Under the pieces are notes generated by a model that saw only the letters and a list, made by a program, of their open reading frames with translations, was not told the DNA's origin and ran no database searches. This document shows, one piece after another, positions 12,901 to 27,082 of a DNA stretch of 64,000 nt (the first letter of the stretch is position 1; the number at the start of each line of letters is the position of its first letter). The translations under genes and the position numbers were made by a program. This stretch comes from Trichoplax adhaerens (lineage: Eukaryota > Animalia > Placozoa), in contig NW_002060943.1 of the NCBI RefSeq assembly GCF_000150275.1, positions 6,812,299-6,876,298 of the forward strand, read 5' to 3'.

Positions 12901-14733
12901 TAAATCCTACCCATGATTTCCTATCGTGGAGAGGATATGCCCCTATTGTAAGGAACATGAGGCAAGTTTACTAATGCTTGAAAGTTAGTTAGTTGTAACC
13001 CCTATACTACAGATCTTACAATTTAAGCTATCTATAGTAATTTTTTTCATTTAAATTGAAACTAGTATCCATGCTTACTATCGTCGCTTTACTCATTAAC
13101 TTTAATTAATTTTTTGGGCATTATTAATTTTGTTCAATTTTGTGCATGATTTATTGTATTCTAAATAATGTAAAGACTATATTAATAAGTTTAGCTATGA
13201 AAAGCCTCAGGTTAATCCTACTATCAACGTTATCCAATTCTTATCAACTCAGATCGAAAGTCCATCTTATCTTCTGTAGTTGCTTCTACTTAGGGTCTCC
13301 TAGAACTTAGATGATATGATTACTACAGAAGCAAACAAGCATGAATGCCTATAGTAAGACATTATTTATTATAAATAGTAAAATATGATTCTTATTAAGT
13401 ACTTATACACCTATCTTCAACCTATAGATAGTAGTATAGTACCGAATGAAAGCTTGCTATAAAACAATAGATCAGCGCTATCTTGTACAAACCGATTGAT
13501 AAAAGAGATGATGAACTTTTACCTTTATAATGAACCCAAATAGAACTAACCTCGCCAATAAAGATCTAGGGAGAAAAATAAATATATACCAACGCCCAAT
13601 ATCTTTACTTATCTATACAAATAAATATAGATATCATTGTTGCCCAATAAAGATTTAATCACGTGATAAATAAAATATAACATTACAATTCTTAAAATGT
13701 AACATTCGGTTATATCTATCGCAAAGTTCGATTGTATCTAACAGGACAGACTGTAGTAGAGATAAATAGAGCTTAGATAAACGTATTGACATGACCTTAA
13801 ACGGAACGGCCGTATCATTGAATAAATAATCTACCGTGACTTGCTTATAACCGTCAAGCAGCGATAATAAGAGGTTATTTATTACTATAAGTCAAGAAGC
13901 AGTGTTAGACGCCTGGTAAGTTAGCCAAATATTCTTATCTAACATACCACATACCTTATCTACTGTGGGTTTATCGTATATTGAACTTGACTAAATTATC
14001 TCTAATTAGTCACTAACAATCATTTATATTATATAAATATTTTGTGCGACATGTGCGGTATGCACAATAGTGGAAATTCTTTGTTTAAAGCGAGTAAAAA
14101 TTAGGGTTATAAGAAAGCCATAATTAACCAACTGGCTATTTTCGTGAAAATTATCTTAGCAATCAGCTTCACACGAAAATATCAAGGCCAACAAATTTAT
14201 GCTTTGTCTTGTTAATTAGCCTAGCAATTATATTGATTAATAGTAAGATACCATCGCAACAAGGGGTCAGGTAGGTGTGTAGTTTACCTGCTTTAGAAAT
14301 TGCACATAGATACTATTTCAGATTTAGTTATGCTAATCTATACAGATACCAGCGTTTATTTACGACTGTAACTTAACCGTCTGCTATTGCTCTCATAGCA
14401 AGATAACCTGTACCTGGTACACTATTGTTTTTAACGTGCCGATACATTCTTGAAAGCTTACTCTCTTTGTAGCAGGTGCTAGCCTTGCATGATCATTATT
14501 ATTTGATCTCTATTTGCTCAAATTTCTTTCCACGATCCGTATTTTTTCTCATTATAAATATTGGATTTGATTTGGTATTGAATATTAACCTATAGACAAT
14601 TTTAATTTACAGCCACCATCACTTTATATCTTTCAAATTGGTATTAAAGAATTGGCCGAAATTTCAAATCGCTACGAAATAAATTCAAGGGTTTATAAAA
14701 TTAATTTCTATCTTGAAATATTATCAAATCACT

Positions 14734-17700
14734 ATGGCAATTAAGAAGTTAGAAGTCGTGCCTGAGGATAATGATCCTGATGTTCATCCATATGACATGC
14801 GATTTGGTTTAGGTCGCTGTCAATTTCAGTTTTGCCAAACGTTAAATAATCCGAAGTGGCTATTAGCTTTTACTAGCTTGTATGTTATCATTTCTGGTAT
14901 GATGATATCAGGATTTACGGCAGTGGCAATTACTTCGTTGGAAACACGATTTGAATTACGTAGTACAGAATCTGGAAGCTTGTACAGCGCTTATGAAGTG
15001 GCCGCTGCTATCATTGGCATCGTCACTAGCTTTTACGCCGGACAAGGCCATAAAGGTCGATATTTAGCCGTTAGTGCAGTTATTATTGGTATCGGAGGCT
15101 TGGTCTTTGCTTTACCCCATTGGATTACTGATAATTATGTAGCTGAGGGAACCGTTGGCTCTGGATTATGCTATCATAATGCCACAATAAGCCAAAATTC
15201 TGCTAACGTTTGTAATAATCTGGGTTCTCCTGTTCGAGTGTTTTTGTACGTTTTCATTTTCGCACAAGTCTTAGTCGGTGCTGGAAATAATGTTTTGTGG
15301 ACAACAGGAATGGCCTATATCGACGAAAATGTCAGTCCTACATCATCCTCTGTCTACGTTGCAATAGTTGTGACACTAGCAGCAATGGGTCCAGCAATAG
15401 GGTTTTTACTTGGAGGTGTTTTTCTTAATCTTTGGGTAGATTGGCCAAGCAATTCACAAGGTTAGAACAATAAAAATGAATAATTGATAATTATAATTAA
15501 TAATTACAGGGCAGATATATTGACTGATCGTTATGGAATCTGCCTACGATCTTGGTCGCATAATAAAGTACTTACATCAAGTACTTAGATATTTTTTATG
15601 AAAAGATCCACAATTTAGCATTTAGCCATTATCCAAATCTTGTAATCAAAATAACCGTAAAATATGATTAGAAATTATTCAACGTTGTTAAAAATGATAT
15701 TATATATTATTCTAACGCTTATTACACTTCTAGTGTGTCTATACCGCTAATTTAACATTCTCATTCTAGTCTACTTCAAAACTTGTGTACGATTAAAATT
15801 ACCAAACTTCCTCAATCATTATCTTAAACAAAGAAAAATAAATTCATGCTGTAATTGAAATAGTCATCATGATTTATAGTTAATTCTTCTACGCTATTCG
15901 TGACAAATTTCCTTTGTTTTTGAGTAGTATGGCAACAACTATCTCACACTTCATAATTCGAATAAGTAGGGCAAGACTACTACTAGTACACTATGTATTA
16001 AGATACTGCGTTAACTTGTGCGAGATGGCAAATTAGCTTCCTACAATTTTTAATCTAAAAAAAAAAATTATTTTAATGTCAATTTACTTCAAATTTTGGA
16101 CTAATATTTCATTTTTAGTTCTTTGCGCTCGCTATTTATCACAATGAGGGTACAATAGCATTCTATTAGTTCCTTAGCTCTCGGACTGACGTTGGATAAT
16201 TTTAATATTTTACTGTAATTTTTTTGGCATATTCACAAATTCAAAGATGAGATGATAATCCTATAGTTTATTATGCATTATATACGGTAAGTAATGTGCA
16301 GACACAGCAGTAGTGCCAATTGTAATCATAAAATATTTATTTCTCTACCGTAAAATATGATTACTCCTCTGTTTTGAAAATTGCTTCGAATAGAATATAA
16401 TTGCCGTTGTTTCATATTTCAAGTAAATTTTCTATTCCACTATGATGAGACTAAAGTATTATTACTTCATCTTCAATAATTAATTTATTGATATCCTTGT
16501 AAATTTATTTTAAAATCACTTGGTTAATTAATTATAAATTTAATAATCTTTATTATACCAGGAATAAAATATCTATTTTCCATTTAATTCTACAATGTAA
16601 TATAATACGATGTTAACTTTTACTTTAGATATCTTTCTGCTAACATTCTAAATCGTTTGTAGGTATTCTGCCGACAGACCCGCGCTGGGTTGGCGCATGG
16701 TGGTTGGGATTTATTGTCTGTGGTGTTGGTATGCTTGTCGTGTCGATTCCATTATTTGCTTTTCCTCGCAATCTACCCAATTTTCAAAAGTATAAACTCC
16801 AGAGACAAAAAGCGACTATTGGCAAATCGAAAGTGGACAAAGAATATGGAAATTCAATTGCCGACTTTCCAAAAGCTTCCAAAGAATTAATCCTTAATAG
16901 ACCCTATATCTTTACAGTTTTGGCTGCAACATCAGAAGCACTTGTCACTAATGGTTTTGCTGCTTTCTTACCCAAATTTATTCAAGCACAATTTTCTACT
17001 ACAGCATCTAATGCAAGTTTTATATCGGGAATTATTGTTGTGCCAGGCGCAGGAGGTGGCATGATATTGGTAAATAAAATAGATTCAAATATCGCATACA
17101 ATGTACAGATACTTACGCTTGCATGCTTTAATCATGTGTCAGTCAGCGATATAAATTATAGAACAGATTTACGTGCGACTAAATCATTTTATTCATAAGC
17201 ACACAATTTTTTTCTATCCATTGACTCTAGAATACAATAAAATTTTCTACTGACAACAATAATGTCACAAACTACTGTATATAGGATAAAGCGTGATCTT
17301 TATAAGCTATTAACGCCATACTATTCATTAATTAACGATCACTCGTAGGGTGGTGTTCTCATGAAATACTTCAGGATGTCTGGATTAAGTGCGTCCAAAT
17401 TTAACTTTGTTTTCGGATTTCTAAGCTGCGTAAGCGTTTTGGCCTTTCTTATTGGTTGCGATACTGTCCCATTTGCTGGTGCAAATACACCAGTAGGAGC
17501 CCTAACAATGTAAAGCAAATAGGAATGCATTATTACCCGTCTATCATAAATATTTTATTGATGTACTTTTATATAGTATTGGAGATGAGTATTTTAATCT
17601 ACATTGTACAACATAGACAACCTATTGCTCAAGCACAAGTTGGCAATCTCACTGGTCAATGTAATGGGAATTGTGGATGTCCTCAAAATCAGTTCGATCC

Positions 17701-18632
17701 AATCTGTGGCATCAATGGAATTACTTATTTTTCACCATGTCATGCTGGCTGTCAAGCTATTAACAACTCTGCTACACTTGAACGGCAGGTAAATTCAGAT
17801 TTACATTGAAAATTATGAGTATATATAGTAGATCAATAGTGCTACGCAGTATTTTAATAAGCGTTAATTAGCAATACTAACCTTTACTTGATAATCAATT
17901 AGCCTTTTTGGTAATTTATTTGTCTGTTTTTATCCGACAGGTATTTTCCAATTGTACCTGCATACCTAGTCAGACGACTGCCAATTCTAGTGGAACTATC
18001 CAGCGTACAGCTCGGCGAGGAGTATGTGCACAGACTTGTAATAATATGATACCATTTCTGGCCGTCTTATTCATTCAAATGTTATGTACCTACGTGAAAT
18101 CAGTGCCGGCTACTCAAGTTGTTCTTAGGTACTACTTTCTGTTAATATACGAGATGGTAATTTCGTATTCTGATTGATCAAACAATTCTCCATTAACCCT
18201 ACGAAACTGTTCTTGTCATTTCTTGTTACTCATTGATTCTATTAAATTATTGATAGGACTGTACCCGAAAGCCAGCGTTCATTTGCGTTAGGTTTACAGT
18301 GGCTATTAGTACGATTATTAGGCAACCTTCCGGGGCCGCTATTAATTGGCTTGATGATTGATACATCATGTGTTTTATGGAATATTGAATGTGGTGAAAG
18401 AACCTCATGTTGGTTATATGATAACCGCCAGATGGGCTATCTTGTATTAGCCTTTGGTTTGTCATTTAAAGCCTTAGGCACCCTCTTTTTCTTCTTGGCA
18501 TGGTACTTTTATCGAGCAGAAGTGATTAATGACCAGCGTAAGGAAGATGATGTAGAAGAAAAACACTTAGCAACCGATACTAGTTCAAATAGCATTAAGA
18601 AAGAAAAGAGTGAAGAAGCCGTCACTTTTTAA
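14734..18632 (+). CDS. Organic anion transporting polypeptide (OATP/SLCO, SLCO4-like), copy 1, subfamily A
   Basis: Exons 14734-15460, 16663-17069, 17349-17509, 17617-17788, 17941-18128, 18257-18632. OATP signature DPRWVGAWWLGF, ITSLETRFEL, YIDENV, Kazal-like CNGNCGC...PICGINGITYFSPCHAGC, VPESQRSFALGLQW. Confidence 0.95.
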
Positions 18633-20950
18633 AGTAGAACATTTTAAGGATTCGTTAGGTAGCATTGATAAAAAACGATACTCAAAATGCATACTAAAAT
18701 ATATTGCTATGAAAGAAATTGAAATGATAAAGCGGGCGTCCATTTTTAAAATGTTGTACGAGTAGTTTATAATTTATTTCATAGAATACTCTAGCTAGCT
18801 AAAATTTTAATTCTATCAGCTTCGTTATTGATTTTGATGCATTTTCTATCTCGTAGTTTGAATAAGCAATTTCTGTTCTTCTAAAATCGAAGATTACAAG
18901 TAGTTATACTGTAGGTATTTAGTACGCCAAATATTTTGTGATTTCATCTCAGAAAACTTTAGCAAACTTACTACGGTACCTACTTACGATTGGATGCTTG
19001 GATGTGAATATCCAATTTAACATTAGTAAATTCTGTAAAATTTCTTTTTCTTGCTAGTACAGTAGGTGCTATATCCATTTACATCAGTGCATATTAACTC
19101 GAAATATTTTTTTTGACTACTACGGTTTCAACAGTTCATTATTTACTTTGCAACAATAAAGCCCCCGCTATACTTGGTTATAAAATCATCTATATTGCTC
19201 ATTCTTAGAGATGAATTTTCTTTTATCATTTTAAATATTTTACTCAGATAGCCATAGCAAGTTACTCGTAACCTGCTTATTTTTTATATTTCTGCATAGT
19301 TCTACGCATATCTTTGTAGTCTTTAATCACAGCATTCTTTAAGGATCACTGCATTCAATTTCCCTCAGTTTCCAATATGTTAACAAAATATTTTTTAAGT
19401 GCTGCCAGTTTATCATCCTGCCGCTGCTTAGCTAACCGCTATATGTTTTCTGGACAATATTTTGTATCCTGGCGTTCAAAAATTTTTTTGTCCGCTATCA
19501 TTTTCATATCGCTTCAGTAGCTAGGAAGAAAGCATTTAGCTACAGTATTAGTATATTAATTTTTTTATGGATAGCAATTTCCATGCTCTTGCAACTACTT
19601 CCTATAGAAGCTATAGTACGGCATCTGGCCATCATTAACTTTGTCCATCTTTAACATTAATTTAAGTCCAATATATATGTTATAACTACAGCACTGTAAC
19701 CTACTAACTCAAGCACTAGTGCTGAGAATCGCCTCCGAGAGGATGAATAATTTGCCAGGATTACATTGAAGGTATTAATTTATTATGTAGCAACAAAGTA
19801 AGTAAAATCATAATTCCATGACATCATGACGGGATAAATTTAGATCATATGAAGCAGGTAGAATTCCTGATAAAAAGAGCCTTGTAAAAATTTCATTTAG
19901 TTCTCTGGGTAGATGTAACATAAATTAGCAAGATTCAATATTTCATCTTAAAAGGTTAACTTTGTATTGGCGACTGTTCGTTACATACGCTTTTAAGACA
20001 TCCGAATGATAAAAAATAATAGCCTCAACCTCGTTTACCTTTAAGTTCTATAATGTTAGGGATAGAAATCTAATCGGGTTTTATTGTATTTGAAATTAAT
20101 CTCAGCATTTTTGAGTAAAACAAATAAGATAATAGGGTAATCTATCTATTAGTCCGTGAATTTGCCATCTATGAATAAGGAGTTTTACCTAGGTTACTTA
20201 GTCGTATAATTTCTCCATCATTAATCCGAACAGAGCTGATCATTTATCCTGTCCGGTACATTGTTGAGTAAACCTAACATCCATGTCTCTGTAGTTTAGG
20301 TATGAGTTTTGCTAAAAGTATCTGCTTTCATGAAAGAATACCATAATGTCGATCTTAAAATTATTGCAATAATATAAAGTCTAGAAAATTTGTTGTTAAT
20401 TGGCTAATCGAAAATTTAATCTTGACTAAGTACTATCGCTGATCTAGTAAATTTGAGTAAATTCTTTCCTCCCGAGATCTAGACAGTCTTTCAGTAGAAA
20501 CATTTTAACTACTGCATATAGACCAAATACTGAGAACACTGAACGCTACTTCATATTATAGCTCGTATCTTAAGATAACGATCTTGACCAACATTGTTTT
20601 AACGAAGACTTTCCATCAATCGGCTATTTCTTTAATAAAATTATGATGTCAATTTGCAGTATTTATAAATGTTATATATGCACATTAGAAAGATCCCAAT
20701 TTTCTGATACTTTCGGAACTTTATTTTTCGGAAATGCTCATTTTGCCGGGTGGTATTCTAGCGAAAATTAGATTTGCCAAAATTGTATCTCCCTATAAAA
20801 CCTAAAATAATCACCAAACACATATGGAAAGGTTAGTCCTAAATTAGCTGCCTATATTATCTTTCTTTTAGTTTTACTAATGCAAACTCCCGTCGCTTTG
20901 CGGACGGTTTACGATAATGTGCTCATTTAACAGATAGTATTACCATTTGA

Positions 20951-21028
20951 TAGACCTGTCAGAGGTTCAGTAACTTTTTACCGTGTACTTAGACCTGTCA
21001 GAGGTTCAGTAACTTTATACCGTGTACT
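20951..21028. repeat. 39-bp direct tandem duplication
   Basis: TAGACCTGTCAGAGGTTCAGTAACTTT(T/A)TACCGTGTACT at 20951-20989 and 20990-21028, one mismatch. Confidence 0.9.
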
Positions 21029-23414
21029 GTACTGTATGCTGTACAAATGCACGGTAATATAACGAATACTATTTTAATAATCAGTTCTCTGTAGAAATTA
21101 CTACCTTAGAGCTATTCGTTTTACATGAAGAAATCTTGAGGTAAAAAGTACTGTAAGAATCTTATACTGACCTATTGAAATGAACCCATAATCAAAGTCA
21201 TCTAACAGTAGTATAAATACCCCCGCGCTGCTAGTATCAAGGGTGCGTGGGTGGGATTTTATTCTTCGATTCTATACCCACCTAAAGTTAAGAGGAAAAC
21301 TTCCTCCGTCAGTCTATATTTGTATTAGAGGATATATTTCTGTTTTGCTATATTAAATATTAGAAAATTCTCTTTCATGTATCGTAGAAAGAACCTACGT
21401 TATATTTATCCCTTGCATCAGCCTATATTCTTGTTGAATTAAATCTACTAGCCAGTCATGGTATCAAATCTGCAGTATCTCTTTCATTCGTCGCAGGCAG
21501 AACTTGCGTATATTTATCCTTTGCATCGAATTAAATCTACTTGCTGGTTATAGTATCAATCTTTAGAGAGTGAGCTTCCCTTTATCATTTAACGCCATTG
21601 GAACTAAATTCTATTTATCCATATTTTCATTGTGTACTCAGTTTTGAATTTATTTACTCGTTGAACCGTTGAATATTCTTTAAATAACTTCCTTAATTTG
21701 AAAAGCGTGGGAAGGTTTGAAAATGTTACAGTTTACTTTCTATATATTATTAATACAAGCAGATTAAATCGTGCCCTTAATGGAAAAATATTCTAAATCA
21801 AAGACTGTCTTAAGGTCTATATAAAACAATGATCTATTCTGTCGACATTCCTTTGCTTACGATGCAAGTTGCTAATTCACATTAAAGATAGCAATACTTG
21901 AGAAATAAAATTGACAACTATTTCACTTGTCTTGTAACCACTATCCATCGCAGCTATATTTAAATTTACAGTAATAATTATAAGAGCGAAAACGTTGCTA
22001 AAATTTTAACTATCCCTATGGAATAAATGCTTTACTATTGTTACATAGTTAAATTATTTAAAGACAAAGTTTAACAACGGCTCTAATCAGTCTTGTTTCA
22101 AACTGTTAATACTTCTATTACAATAACAAACGAATCGGTGATTCCATATTACCCCGAAGTAACAACTATCGATTGTATTATAAAACTAAAGAGGCATTCT
22201 TTTCTGAGAGGCTGATTTCTAAAAAAATCGAAATTTGTTACCGTGTTTACAGGTTATCGCCTTAAGTATTTGGGAAAGATCACCTCACTGGGTCTATTCT
22301 AGTTTTAATTTTCAAATTGATTTTATCCGGTGTATCTTCTAGAAAGTTTCTTGATCGAGTGAGCACTACATTGTAAGTAATTAATACAGATATGGTGCCA
22401 TAGCAGTGGATAGTGTACCCTGACATTATCGCATCACCAGCATGGGAGCTATGAATGATTTCATACTTTCATTGAAAGAAAACCAAGGGACGCATTTGAA
22501 TTCAAGCCGTTTAAACTAGCTATGCCTCTAGGGAAAACATTAACAGTAGCCAGCAATAGTATTGACCCTAACATTAGTCTACTGGTGGAATGATATAGAA
22601 GTAAGAAAATCTACGTTTCATTTAATTTTAGAGAAGTACTTGAATATGGAAATATCCTATTAGTAAAAATTGACGATTAATTTTGATACTTCAAAATAAA
22701 GCACAGATTGAACAGGTAAATCGATGATATACTACATATTACAATCGAATGAAAATCACGAATTCTATCGTTAGCAACATATTTAATATCTGTAAATACT
22801 CATAGTAAAATTATTAAAAGGATTCTAACTTTGGATCGAATTCGCTTATTGGCTGTTTTATTATTAAATTTAATACACGTGTGCTAAATTAATCAGTTTT
22901 TTCGGTTAACACGATGCTCTATTTTGCCATTCCAAAAATGTACATTTGTACTTCAACCGATAGCTTTACAAATAATATAGCAAGCAGCTGTCTACTTTAG
23001 GCAACTATTAAAGGCATAAACTTGTTAGGTCACATCATTTAGCATGTCTAATGGCGTTGGTTTAACATTCATCAAATTAAAATAGTAGTCAACCTGAATA
23101 CATACTAGTTTTATTCCAATTGTTAGTAATTACCAATACAGATCTCAACTCAAAGGTGATAAATGACAACTATTTTTATCCATTCAATTTCAATTTCGTA
23201 AATGTGTTACTCTTATTTTAAGTAAAGTGCAACCATTATTACTTTTCGTTTACAGTATGATCAATTATCACAAACCAAAGAACAGCTTACGTACGCTGTT
23301 CTATATCTTCATATTATGCAGTGAGATAATATATCCTTACATAATATTTTTGTCTATCAATTTACCGTTTAAGATTAGTTTATTAGCCTTACTCTGGATG
23401 CTAATAGAATCAAG

Positions 23415-26400
23415 ATGCTGCAAAACAAGTTTAATGATCCGTCACCTGATGATAATTCTTCCCAGCAATCATACCATATGCAATTTGGCTTGGGTCGTTG
23501 TCAATTTCAATTTTGCCAATGGTTCAATAGTCCTAAATGGTTATTAGTCTTCACTAGCAGCTATATTATCATTGCAAGCATGTTGATATCAGGATTTACG
23601 GCAGTGGCAATTACTTCGCTAGAAACACGCTTTGAATTACGTAGTACAGAATCCGGAACTTTGTATAGTGCGTATGAGGTAGCCGCTGCATTCTTCGGAA
23701 TTATTACTAGTTACTACGCTGGACAAGGTCATAAAGGTCGCTATTTAGCTGCTAGTGCAGTTGTTATTAGTATAGGAGCTTTAATCTTTGCTTTACCCCA
23801 TTGGATTACTAGCAATTATGTAGCCGAGGGAACTATTGGCTCTGAGCTATGCCATTATAATGTCACAATGAACCAAAGCTCAACTAGCGTTTGTGCTAAT
23901 TTAGCTTCTCCAGTTCGAGTGTTTTTATACGTATTTCTCTTAGCACAAGCTTTAATTGGTGCTGGAAATAATATTGTATGGACAACAGGAATGGCCTATA
24001 TCGACGAAAATGTCAGCCCTACGACATCATCTGTCTATGTAGGAATAATGGTAACAGTAGCAGCTATTGGCCCAGCAATTGGTTTCTTGCTGGGAGGCAT
24101 TTTTCTTAACCTTTGGGTTGATTGGCCTAATCCATCACAAGGTTAGGCGTATTACCTTCATATCACAGTATTTTAGAATTATTTACGACGTAACCAACAG
24201 GTCTTAACATATAGCTATATTGCCATTGTAAAAGTATCAATTAAATTGATATGGTTAACATAGAGGTTTTACGTGATAAATAAAGTAATATGGATGGATT
24301 ACCAGAGACGATAGTTAGCGTACCTGTAGTATAATAATTCTTGTTTTACATGGTATCAATCAGTTCCCATACGATCTTTCTAGTCATTATAGATTTAACT
24401 ACTTTCTGTGTGATTGGATAATTCAAAATTCTGAAATACCCTTACAGATCTAAATTACGCAAATTACATGCCGTATTGAACAAATTGATGATCCAATACG
24501 AATAGTAATTTAGAAATCGGTTACCTTCCATTTTCTACGTTATTCCATTGTTTATCGCCTTTTTGGTAACTTCTCCATTAAGTCGTACTATTTAGAGAGG
24601 CGTAAAGTAATCTCCTCTTGTAGGGCTTATAGCGATATGCCCTAAACTTTTAACTAAATCTATGCAGCTATCCGCATTGAACAGTGAGGGCCTGACAGAT
24701 TTGATGATAATATTATGGTCGATCATGATAATGTTAATCTAATAAATTAATCGCATTTTATATGATTTGAATTATGTATGATATTCGGTATTAATTTATA
24801 AGCCCCACGACATTGCAAATCTACCCACTCTCTTTTTAGAGCCCTCATTATAAAGTCATAAACTTGAACTTACGTTTTTAGCTTTTTATGAACATCTATA
24901 TTCGATTAATTTGTAAAAATTTCCATAAGAAGAGTGACATTGATATAAACTCTTATAGGAATAGTGCCGACAGATCCACGATGGGTCGGTGCATGGTGGC
25001 TGGGATTCCTTGTTTGTGCAGTCGGTATGTTCATTATATCGATTCCATTATTTGCTTATCCTCGTCATCTACCCGATTTTCAAAAACACAAACTTCAAAG
25101 ACAAAAAACAACTATTGGAAAATCCAGAGTAGATAATGAATATGGAAATTCAATTACTGATCTTCCCAGAGCAACTAAAGAATTGATTCTTAACAAGCCG
25201 TTCATCTTTACAGTTTTAGCTGCCACAGCAGAAGCACTCGTTACGAATGGCTTTGCTCCCTTTCTACCAAAATTTATTCAGTCACAATTTTCTACTACAT
25301 CATCTGGTGCAAGTTTTATCTCCGGGATTGTTGTTGTACCGGGAGCTGGAGGAGGGATGATTTTGGTAAATCCAAATATAGACGCAAATATAAATTGTAA
25401 TTGAGAGTGCTCTTATCCAAAGATTCGAGTTTACTTACGATTACGTATCTTCCTAATTTTAAACTGAAGAGTAAAGATAATAAATGATTGCCAGTTGCAA
25501 GATTTAAATCATTGCTTCATTAAATAATCAAATTTAGGGCAGTCTGTTGATGAAATATTTTAGAATGGACAAGCTAAGAGCATGCAAACTTAACGTTGTC
25601 TTTGGCTTTCTAAGTTGTATATCCTGCTTAGCTTTTCTTATTGGCTGCGATGCTATACCATTTGCTGGTGCAAATACGCCAGTTGAATCAACAATGATGT
25701 GAGGATACGATATTTTTACACGGAAATCTGCAGTACTTTCTACTCTACTATATATTTCTAATTATTTTGACTTCAATTGGATTTGATAATTAGAGATAAT
25801 TTGTCTTCGAAAAACTGAACAGTTTTAAGATGATAGCTATAGGTCTGCACTTACACTTCATATTACTACTATTTTCTGTAACTTAATAGACAACCAAGTC
25901 CTCAAGCAGAAGTTGGAAATATTACTAGTGAATGCAATATCAATTGCGGATGTCTACGTGATAAATTCGACCCAATCTGTGGCATTAATGGTATTGCATA
26001 CTTCTCACCGTGCCATGCCGGCTGTCAAGATATTGACACTTCTATTCCCTTCAATCAACAGGTAGGGTGAAAAATTTACCTTTCATTTGATCTTTCAGAT
26101 TTTAAAATAAATCTAAGGTACGTGTATAATAGGAACCGCAACTGGTATAAGCTGTAAGACAAATAACATCTAGGGCGATTGCAATAAATATCATCATACA
26201 GAAACTGAAAATTTTTACTTCATTTATGTTTATAGACATTCTCGAATTGCACTTGTATATTGACTCAAAATAATGCTAATGATAGCGAGCTTGAAGTTCC
26301 GTTTGATGCTCAACGGGGCTTATGTGCGCAAAACTGCAATAATTTGATTCCTTTTTTGGTCGTGTTATTTATTCAAATGATTTGCACTTATGTCAAATCA

Positions 26401-27082
26401 GTACCAAGTACGCAAGTTGTTTTGAGGTTGGTAATTTTCCCTTATTGCAATTGTGAGGCATGAAAATGAACTTTTGGTTTAGCTTATTAATAGCTTATAT
26501 CGAAATAATCCTAATCTAGCCATACATCTTCAATTAATGTTTAATTTTCATGATAATAGGACTGTACCTGAAAGCCAACGTTCGTTTGCGCTAGGCTTAC
26601 AATGGCTACTTATCCGATTACTTGGTGATATCCCCGGACCGCTATTAATCGGCTTAATAATCGATACATCATGCAATGTATGGAACATCGAATGTGGCGA
26701 AAAGACTTCATGTTGGCTATACAATAATCGTCAAATGGGCTATCTAGTGTTCGCTTTTGTTATAATTTGCAAAGGTGCTAGCACTGTTTTTTTTGCTTTA
26801 GCTTGGTATTATTGCCGAACTGAAATTAAAAATGAGCAGAAGGATGACGATAATATTTACGAAAAACAGCTCATGTCGAATTCAAATTTCAATAGCATGA
26901 AGAAAGCAACATTTCAAGACGTTATCAGCTACAATAAAGAGGACTTTAATAATTTTCAGGACGTAGCCGGTTATAAATTTATTTCCCGAGAACCACATAG
27001 AGCTAAAGTTATTGCCGCATCACAGGATAACGGTATAACATCAAATCATATTAATGTGATTGTACGTGTGTCACGCTGTTAA
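23415..27082 (+). CDS. OATP/SLCO transporter, copy 2, subfamily A (closest to copy 1)
   Basis: Exons 23415-24141, 24959-25365, 25538-25698, 25890-26061, 26236-26426, 26560-27082. DPRWVGAWWLGFL, Kazal-like loop, same intron positions as copy 1. Confidence 0.95.
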
